The translations under genes were made by a program, and so were the position numbers. A stretch of DNA of 64,000 nucleotides from NCBI GenBank assembly GCA_964479835.1, contig CAYZRE010000001.1, positions 31,630 to 95,629 on the forward strand, in the 5' to 3' direction. The notes under the pieces were generated by a model that made no database searches, was not told the DNA's origin, and saw nothing but the letters and a program-made list of their open reading frames with translations. This document shows, one piece after another, positions 57,697 through 64,000 of the stretch. The stretch is from an uncultured Candidatus Saccharibacteria bacterium. Lineage in GTDB: Bacteria > Patescibacteriota > Minisyncoccia > 2-02-FULL-40-12 > GWA2-44-9. The stretch's first letter is position 1; each line of letters begins with the position of its first letter.

Positions 57697-58719
57697 ATGG
57701 CAGTCAACGAATTCAGAAAAGATCTCGTCTCGGGCGAATGGGTGCTCATCTCCAGCTTGCGCGCCAAGCGACCGCATGACGGACAGCGCGAACGCCTCAT
57801 GCAAACGAAAGAGGGATGCGTCTTTGAGCCTGCGCGCATGAGTGACCAGTCCCCGCCATTGTATGTATACGACAACGGAAAGCCGATAAGTTGGCACGGC
57901 GACTGGGACGGGTCGTGGACCACCGCGGTCATTGGAAACAAATTTCCCGCGTTACAACCCGGTGTCTGCGGAGTACCCACGCAGGTCGGGCCGTATTTGA
58001 CGCAGGAGGCGAATGGTTTTCATGAATTGGTGATTACGCGTGACCACGACGCGCACTTCGCACAGTTCACTGATGCGCAAACGCAGGAGGTTCTGCAGGT
58101 GTATCGTGACCGATACGCGGAAATCTCAAAAGATGACTGCGGCGACTATATCAGTATTTTCCACAATCATGGGCGTGCGGCGGGTGCCAGTGTTTCCCAC
58201 AATCATTCGCAAATTATTTCTACCCCCATCGTACCGCCAGAGGTTGTCCGTTCACTCAAAGGATCCAACGAATACATGAAGCAGCATGGCGTACCGGTGC
58301 ATCAGGCAATGATTGAATGGGAGCTACGAGAAAATAAACGCATCGTGTACGAGAATGAGCAATTCATCGCGTTTTGTCCGTTTGTCTCCAAGGCAGGATA
58401 TGAGATGCGCATCTTTCCCAAGCGTCAGACACCGCAGTTCGAGTTGTCCGATGACGCCACACTTCTGCAGTGCGCCAACGCTCTGAATGTCGTGCTTCGC
58501 AAGCTGTACGTTGCACTGGACGATGTGGACTACAACTTTTATATCCATACCGCACCGGTTCTGCGTGATTCGCTTATTGACTATGATTTTTATCACTGGC
58601 ATATCGGGATTGTGCCGCGTATCCCGATAGCCGCCGGATTTGAGCTGTCTACCGCAATCTATATCAACGCGTTTGATCCCGATGACTGTGCGAAGCACTT
58701 GCGGGAAACGAAAGTATGA
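57697..58719 (+). CDS. GalT-like nucleotidyltransferase (HIT superfamily, HxHxQ)
   Basis: SHNHSQ motif, zinc-ligand His/Cys pattern; about 340 aa. Confidence 0.65.
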   Translation: MAVNEFRKDLVSGEWVLISSLRAKRPHDGQRERLMQTKEGCVFEPARMSDQSPPLYVYDNGKPISWHGDWDGSWTTAVIGNKFPALQPGVCGVPTQVGPYLTQEANGFHELVITRDHDAHFAQFTDAQTQEVLQVYRDRYAEISKDDCGDYISIFHNHGRAAGASVSHNHSQIISTPIVPPEVVRSLKGSNEYMKQHGVPVHQAMIEWELRENKRIVYENEQFIAFCPFVSKAGYEMRIFPKRQTPQFELSDDATLLQCANALNVVLRKLYVALDDVDYNFYIHTAPVLRDSLIDYDFYHWHIGIVPRIPIAAGFELSTAIYINAFDPDDCAKHLRETKV

Positions 58720-59495
58720 AGAAGCTCGTCGTCGCGAACTGGAAGATGAATCCGCGGACTCTTGCCGAGGCGCAGGATATTGTCGCGAAAATTGATGAAC
58801 ATGTCCGTGGGCTTGGCTCGGGGGCGCAACAACTGGATGTCGTGGTATGCCCGCCCTTTGTTTTTTTAGAAGATGTCTCTTCGATATTGGGTGAAGGAAT
58901 GCTGTCGGGTGTCGCAATGCTTGGCGCGCAAGACATAGCGGCGCGCGATGATGCCGCGCAGACGGGCGAGGTAAGTGGCCCACAGCTGGCAAAGCTCGGC
59001 GTGCGGTATGTGATTGTCGGCCACAGTGACCGACGGTATAAACTAGGAGAAAGTGACGAGATGGTGAACGCGAAGCTGCAGGCTGCGCTACGCAACGGAC
59101 TGGTGCCCATCGTCTGTGTGGGCGAACGCTCGCGCGACGGCGCATGGCAAGATGCGCTGAAGGCGCAAGTGGCCGCAACGCTCCGAGGACTGACGCCAGG
59201 GCAGGTCAGCCAGTGCCTTATCGCCTACGAGCCCGTCTGGGCCATTAGCACCAGTCCCGATGCCAGGCCCGACACGCCTGCCGGCGCCGTGCTGTCTATG
59301 GAGCTTATCCGCGAGGCGTTGGCCGATCATTTTGATGTAGCGCAGCACGCGTTCCTCTACGGTGGTTCGGTGACGCCCACGAACGCACAGGATTTTCTGG
59401 AGCGTTCGGAAATCGGGGGAGTGCTCGTCGGTGGCGCCAGCGTCCGCCCCGAGGACTTTTGTACTATTCTTTCCATTACCAGCCGTCACGCATGA
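58716..59495 (+). CDS. tpiA: triosephosphate isomerase
   Basis: VVANWKMN, VIVGHSDRR, and YEPVWAISTS (the AYEPVWAIGTG motif). Confidence 0.85.
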   Translation: MKKLVVANWKMNPRTLAEAQDIVAKIDEHVRGLGSGAQQLDVVVCPPFVFLEDVSSILGEGMLSGVAMLGAQDIAARDDAAQTGEVSGPQLAKLGVRYVIVGHSDRRYKLGESDEMVNAKLQAALRNGLVPIVCVGERSRDGAWQDALKAQVAATLRGLTPGQVSQCLIAYEPVWAISTSPDARPDTPAGAVLSMELIREALADHFDVAQHAFLYGGSVTPTNAQDFLERSEIGGVLVGGASVRPEDFCTILSITSRHA

Positions 59496-60544
59496 AGATT
59501 ATAGACCAACTCGAAAACCTGGAAGGCAAAAAAGTGCTGTTGCGTGCGGATTTCGATGTGCCGGTCATAAACGGCTCAATCGGTGAGCCGTTCCGGATCC
59601 AGCGCCAGAGGGAGAATTTACGCTATCTTCTCGATCATGGAGCGCGCGTGACCATAGCGGCGCACATCAGCGCTGTGCCCAGCTTCGAACCGCTCGTGCC
59701 CCAGCTGGAGAAGATTCTTGGTGTCGACATCCAATTCGAGAACGGTGACGGCCCCGTGGTTCTGCGGGAGAATTTGCGAGCTGACCCCGGCGAAGAAAAC
59801 AATAATGAAGCGTTCGCACAAAAGTTAGTGGCCGGGTGTGATATCTACGTGAACAACGCGTTCGCGGTCTGCCATCGTGAGCATGCATCCGTTGTGACGG
59901 CGCCGATGATGATTCCCGCCTACGCCGGTCTGCTGGTGAAAGAAGAGACGGAGACGCTTTCGCAGTTTATTGACGCGCCCGCGCACGGTAAGGTGGTATT
60001 TATCGCCGGCGCCAAGGGAAGTACAAAAGCTCCGGTCGTCCGGCATATTATCGGGAAGGTACAGCAGGTGGTCGTGGGCGGGGTATTGGCCAACGATATA
60101 CTCAAAGCACTGGGCCGTGATGTCGGCAGTTCACAAGTGGATGAGAACGCACATGAGCTTTTAGCGGGGCTGGACCTGCATGATCCGCGCCTGGTGATAC
60201 CGACCGATGCGATTATCGACAACGGTCAGATGGTCGATATCGGTCCGCAGACGACGACCGCATTCACGGCACTGGCGGCATCCGCATCTCTGATTGTGTG
60301 GAACGGCCCCATGGGGCGTTATGAGGATGCGCGGTTCATGGCCGGGACCGAAGCGATCGCTCGCGCTATTACATCAAGCGGGGCACTATCGATTGTCGGA
60401 GGCGGGGACACTATCTCCGCGGTTGATTCACTCGGCTTGTTGGATAAATTCAAATTCGTCTCAACCGGCGGGGGAGCGATGCTCGCATTCCTTGCGGGCA
60501 CACAACTGCCCGGCCTCAGGGTGCTCGGGTATTACCATGACTAA
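59492..60544 (+). CDS. pgk: phosphoglycerate kinase (short, about 350 aa)
   Basis: LLRADFDVP near the N-terminus and a C-terminal GGGA motif (FVSTGGGAMLAFLAG). Start overlaps the tpiA stop (ATGA). Confidence 0.85.
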   Translation: MKIIDQLENLEGKKVLLRADFDVPVINGSIGEPFRIQRQRENLRYLLDHGARVTIAAHISAVPSFEPLVPQLEKILGVDIQFENGDGPVVLRENLRADPGEENNNEAFAQKLVAGCDIYVNNAFAVCHREHASVVTAPMMIPAYAGLLVKEETETLSQFIDAPAHGKVVFIAGAKGSTKAPVVRHIIGKVQQVVVGGVLANDILKALGRDVGSSQVDENAHELLAGLDLHDPRLVIPTDAIIDNGQMVDIGPQTTTAFTALAASASLIVWNGPMGRYEDARFMAGTEAIARAITSSGALSIVGGGDTISAVDSLGLLDKFKFVSTGGGAMLAFLAGTQLPGLRVLGYYHD

Positions 60545-61427
60545 ATTTATCGAGCACCGTTCAGCCCGCCGCGCCGCCTCAAAAGATATCGTGGTTCTTT
60601 ATCATGCGGAATGCACCGACGGTTTTGGCGCAGCATGGGCAGCCTACGAAACGCTCGGCACCACGGCTGATTATCATCCCGTTGTGTATCAAGTACCACC
60701 ACCTGATGGGCTCGTAGGGAAGACAATCTATACGCTCGATTTCACCTATTCGCGTCCTGTGATGGAAAAACTCATCCGTGACAATAAGCAAGTTACCGCA
60801 CTGGACCATCACGTTACGGCACGCGAGACAACTGAACTGACCCACGACTTTCGGTATGCCCTGGACCATTCGGGTGCGATGCTTGCGTGGGAGTACTTTC
60901 ATCCCGGCGTTCCTCCTCCGTATCTCATTCGCATTATTGAGGACACTGACCTTCATCGGTTCGCTATCCCGGATTCCGTGACATTAAGCGATTGGCTAGA
61001 TCAATTTGATTTTGAGTTCAAGCTCTACTCAAAAATAGCCCGGACATTGGATTCCGCATCAGGTGTCCGACGCGCGCTTCTCCAAGGAGTCGCTATTCGG
61101 GCATATCGTGAGAAACTTGTGGAACGAATGGTGAAGAATACTTCATACGAAGTCGATTTTTCCGGATACCGGGTATTAGCGGTTACTGCGGAACAATTTC
61201 ATTCCGAAATTGGCAACGAGCTTGCCAAAGGCCACCCGTTTGGCGTTACCTGGCGCGTACGGCGCGACGGCGTTTGTGTCTCGCTTCGTTCGACGCCGGG
61301 GGGTATCAATGTTGCCGAGATTGCGCTTCGCTATGGCGGAGGTGGACATGAACATGCTGCGGGTTTTACGGTACCCACACTCGACGACCTGCCGTTTGTG
61401 GCAGTACACTCATCTGACGAACAATGA
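60537..61427 (+). CDS. DHH-family phosphoesterase (NrnA-like)
   Basis: DHH motif LDHHVT and DHHA1 GGGGHEHAAGF. Start overlaps the pgk end by 8 nt. Confidence 0.7.
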   Translation: MTKFIEHRSARRAASKDIVVLYHAECTDGFGAAWAAYETLGTTADYHPVVYQVPPPDGLVGKTIYTLDFTYSRPVMEKLIRDNKQVTALDHHVTARETTELTHDFRYALDHSGAMLAWEYFHPGVPPPYLIRIIEDTDLHRFAIPDSVTLSDWLDQFDFEFKLYSKIARTLDSASGVRRALLQGVAIRAYREKLVERMVKNTSYEVDFSGYRVLAVTAEQFHSEIGNELAKGHPFGVTWRVRRDGVCVSLRSTPGGINVAEIALRYGGGGHEHAAGFTVPTLDDLPFVAVHSSDEQ

Positions 61428-61867
61428 ATGTTTCCGTGTACACAATTTACACCGACGGCGGCTCACGCGGTAATCCCGGGCCTGCCGCATCAGGGTATGT
61501 CATCGAAGGGCCCGGCATGCGGCGTACGGAACAGGGCCATTATTTGGGAGTGGAAACGAACAATGTCGCCGAGTATTCGGCGGCTATTTTGGCACTGAAC
61601 AAATTGAAAACACTTATCGGAATGGAACGCGCCCGCTCGGCCCATGTTCGTATCATGTCTGATAGCGAGTTGCTGGTTCGACAAGTAAACGGGGAGTATA
61701 AGGTCAAAGATGCGGAACTCAAAAAACTATTTGTTGATCTGTACAACGCCCGGCAGGATTTCGCCAAGGTCACTTTCACGCATGTCCGCCGTGAACACAA
61801 CAAAGATGCCGACCGCATGGTCAACGAAGCGCTGGACCGTCAGGACTCTCCGAAACTCGAGCTGTAG
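61424..61867 (+). CDS. rnhA: ribonuclease HI
   Basis: YTDGGSRGNPGPA and an ...SD...E...D catalytic pattern. Confidence 0.85.
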   Translation: MNVSVYTIYTDGGSRGNPGPAASGYVIEGPGMRRTEQGHYLGVETNNVAEYSAAILALNKLKTLIGMERARSAHVRIMSDSELLVRQVNGEYKVKDAELKKLFVDLYNARQDFAKVTFTHVRREHNKDADRMVNEALDRQDSPKLEL

Positions 61868-61882
61868 TATAATAGAACTACT

Positions 61883-62647
61883 ATGAGCAGTCCGGAAACG
61901 ATTGAATTAGATATTAAGGAACAAGAGCGCACACTGGAAGCCCTGCAAACCGAGGAGCGGTCTGGCAGAAGCCTGCTTTCGCCCGAGCGCCTGCGTGTCA
62001 TGGGGGAGGCGCTCGAGGACAAAAAGCGCCACCTGGAAGAATTTAAACAGCGGCCGGGTGAAACTCCGAAGCTCTCACTTGAGCTCTATGATGAGCGGGT
62101 CCGCGATATTCTTACGGAAGTTGTTTCCCTTCAGGAAGTATTCGGATTTGTGCTCAAAAAAGGGCTGACGAAGAAAAAACTCCAGATGCTCCACGATGGT
62201 TTGGACGCTGCGCAAGATAAACTCCAGGAACTCGATGGTCAGACCGAAGATGCCGCGCGTTCCAAGGAGCGGCGAGCTCTGATGGGACTCATGGATAAAC
62301 TGCGAACCGACTATCCGGCAACTTTGCGGCAAATCGGGGAGCTCTCGGCCGTTCGCGACCTCCACCGCAGAGTTCGAGCAGCGTACACTTCGGTTCAGCA
62401 CACGCTCACCGTGGACCAGCGTCGCGAGATGCGCAAACAAATCGCCTCGTTATCATCGTTGGTTCGGCGTGCTGAAGATGAGCGACTGGCAGGAGTGAGC
62501 GCGGCCGTCTTTGCAGCGGTATCTCACGCCACAGAGCATGCTCCTGCCGTTGCACATGCCGCGGTCGCCAATATCCCAAAACAGATGCCGGTAACCGCCA
62601 AGAAAAGTCCGCTGGCAATGTTTGCCGCGGCATTCCGATTGAAGTAG
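61883..62647 (+). CDS. hypothetical coiled-coil protein
   Basis: 254 aa, Glu/Arg/Leu-rich heptads. Confidence 0.4.
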   Translation: MSSPETIELDIKEQERTLEALQTEERSGRSLLSPERLRVMGEALEDKKRHLEEFKQRPGETPKLSLELYDERVRDILTEVVSLQEVFGFVLKKGLTKKKLQMLHDGLDAAQDKLQELDGQTEDAARSKERRALMGLMDKLRTDYPATLRQIGELSAVRDLHRRVRAAYTSVQHTLTVDQRREMRKQIASLSSLVRRAEDERLAGVSAAVFAAVSHATEHAPAVAHAAVANIPKQMPVTAKKSPLAMFAAAFRLK

Positions 62648-62715
62648 TTTAGGAAGATTATCTATCCACAGATGATGTGCGACCCCGCTGTCAGAGCGGG
62701 GTATACTGTATCCAT

Positions 62716-63009
62716 ATGCCAGACGAACCGGCAGGTCAGGATGTGGCCGCACACGCGCAGGCATTAGGTGCTGATATTTTGGCGAAACTTGACGAACTGA
62801 CACAACAGCCGACACCGGCCGAAAGCGTCCCGGCCGGTGTGACACTGGAGGAGCGCAAGCGGCTTGCACAGCAGGCCGTCGACAAGATGGATGCCATCGT
62901 CGCCCGCTTTCTTGCGCAGGTAGAAGTACAACAGACCGCAGGACAAGAAGCACAGGCGGCCAGCGCGCAGGGAGAGATAGCACGCATCAAAGCGAGCATC
63001 GGTGCATAA
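62716..63009 (+). CDS. hypothetical Ala/Gln-rich small protein
   Basis: ORF only. Start uncertain: GTG at 62677 or ATG at 62716. Confidence 0.3.
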   Translation: MPDEPAGQDVAAHAQALGADILAKLDELTQQPTPAESVPAGVTLEERKRLAQQAVDKMDAIVARFLAQVEVQQTAGQEAQAASAQGEIARIKASIGA

Positions 63010-63013
63010 TGGC

Positions 63014-64000
63014 ATGACCAATACTATCCTTGAAGAACTCGAAATCCCGCGGCCGCCCTATCGCATGGCGCGTCCTGTCGCGTCGCTTGCAGTTGCCGAT
63101 GCACTTCCCGCACACCGAGCAGATACCATGAGCCCGGAAGCGTTACAGAGAGAATTCGCAGCTGCGCTCCCCGAACCAAAGCCCGAAGAGAAACCCGCAT
63201 CGCCCGAAGCGATTGACTCATCTGTTGATGATGCTAAACAAAAAGCCGAACAGCGTATTGTCGCTGTCCCGTCGCCGGACGTTAAAGCGAAAAATGATGC
63301 GAAGGGTAAGATAGAAGATGTTCGTGCCGAATATCACGCACAGGTGTCGCTAAGAGAGGGTCGTACCCCGGAGCAAGCGTCGGCAGAGTTTCGAGGCGAG
63401 GGGAAAGCTCTTAATTCAATTGAAGATGAATACGAAAGCACTGAAGCTGCTTTGCGGCGCGCAGAAACTGCTAAAAATCCACAAGAAGTAGAGCGTCTCA
63501 CAAAAGAAGCAAAACAATACAGCGATGTGATTGAACGCAAGGCGGCTGCCGAGGCCGCGCTTTCCGCAAAGCCCGAATCCGCACCGACGCCGGCAGGCAG
63601 CGGGGACGGTGCGCACGCGGGCGATATCATCACTGAAGGAAAGACGCGTGCGCGCGTTCTGGAGGTTGATGCCAAAGGCAGGCCCACGCGACTGGAAGTG
63701 ATTGAGGAGCCGCAACCCGAACCGGTTTCCGGCGAACCGATCCAAACTCCGTCGGGAAGACTCGGTGAATTTGGATTTGGCATGCAATTGACTCCGGAGC
63801 AACAGGCAGCACTGCGGGCGGCAAAGCCATCAGAAAAAGCGCCGACGCCCGAAAGTCCCGGCGAGCGTCAGCTGCAGGAAGAACGCGCCCGCAAAGAAGA
63901 TATTGCATTTAAAGGCGCCGTAACCCGAGCGCAAACAGAAGCGATTAAGAAAAATGAGGTACAAGAACAAGAGGGAAAGGCGGCTCGTGCCCCGCGCACA
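63014..64000 (+). CDS. hypothetical charged low-complexity protein (3-prime partial, continues beyond window)
   Basis: No stop codon across 329 codons in this frame, Lys/Glu/Ala/Pro-rich. Not in the supplied ORF track, presumably because the ORF is incomplete. Confidence 0.45.
   Translation, partial: MTNTILEELEIPRPPYRMARPVASLAVADALPAHRADTMSPEALQREFAAALPEPKPEEKPASPEAIDSSVDDAKQKAEQRIVAVPSPDVKAKNDAKGKIEDVRAEYHAQVSLREGRTPEQASAEFRGEGKALNSIEDEYESTEAALRRAETAKNPQEVERLTKEAKQYSDVIERKAAAEAALSAKPESAPTPAGSGDGAHAGDIITEGKTRARVLEVDAKGRPTRLEVIEEPQPEPVSGEPIQTPSGRLGEFGFGMQLTPEQQAALRAAKPSEKAPTPESPGERQLQEERARKEDIAFKGAVTRAQTEAIKKNEVQEQEGKAARAPRT

Noticed and set aside
63334-63908. Several minus-strand ORFs in the supplied track (63334..63783, 63416..63802, 63630..63908)
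   Set aside because: The plus strand carries an uninterrupted 329-codon frame over the same interval with more protein-like composition. The minus-strand ORFs are its antisense shadows.

Overview
This 64 kb window is a gene-dense (about 90% coding) bacterial chromosomal segment of roughly 55-58% GC, read here with the standard genetic code (TGA observed as a stop). The content points to a reduced, Patescibacteria/CPR-like genome, although I cannot confirm taxonomy from sequence alone. The relevant signs are a short 508-aa IF-2, a ThrRS lacking N-terminal domains, gatCA separated from gatB, and a complete type IV pilus / natural-competence locus without pilT or pilQ.

Features supported directly by motifs:
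- Translation and RNA processing: infB, ileS, glyQS, pheS, thrS, gatC/gatA/gatB, miaA, tsaC, rnc, rnhA, rpmF, rpsP, rplK.
- Transcription and secretion: nusG, nusB, secE.
- Replication, repair and recombination: ligA, gyrB, dnaE, topA, dprA, recO, parA/parB.
- Type IV pilus: pilM, pilN, pilO, pilB, pilC, a major pilin, pilD and four minor pilins, with comFC divergent.
- Other: relA/spoT, tpiA, pgk, an NrnA-like DHH phosphoesterase, tmk, and seven tRNAs plus one tRNA-like element.

The most unusual observations, in rough order of interest:
1. An isoleucyl-tRNA synthetase with a complete histidine-phosphatase (phosphoglycerate-mutase-like, RHGE...SHE) domain embedded between the catalytic-core motifs.
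2. A PheS catalytic subunit fused to a C-terminal FDX-ACB anticodon-binding domain (mitochondrial-type monomeric architecture), with no pheT nearby.
3. A serine-type class II tRNA whose anticodon loop reads TTACTAA (apparent anticodon ACU), 180 bp from a canonical tRNA-Ser(GCU).
4. A 165-bp MITE-like element with 20-bp perfect terminal inverted repeats, abutting two small Cys-rich zinc-ribbon genes and tRNA-Leu(CAA).
5. A degenerate tRNA-like element with an encoded CCA and its own intrinsic terminator upstream of gatC.
6. A 26-nt motif found twice, about 100 bp upstream of gyrB and rpmF.
7. A perfect 13-bp palindrome upstream of secE-nusG-rplK.

I found no CRISPR array, reverse transcriptase, integrase or transposase in the window.
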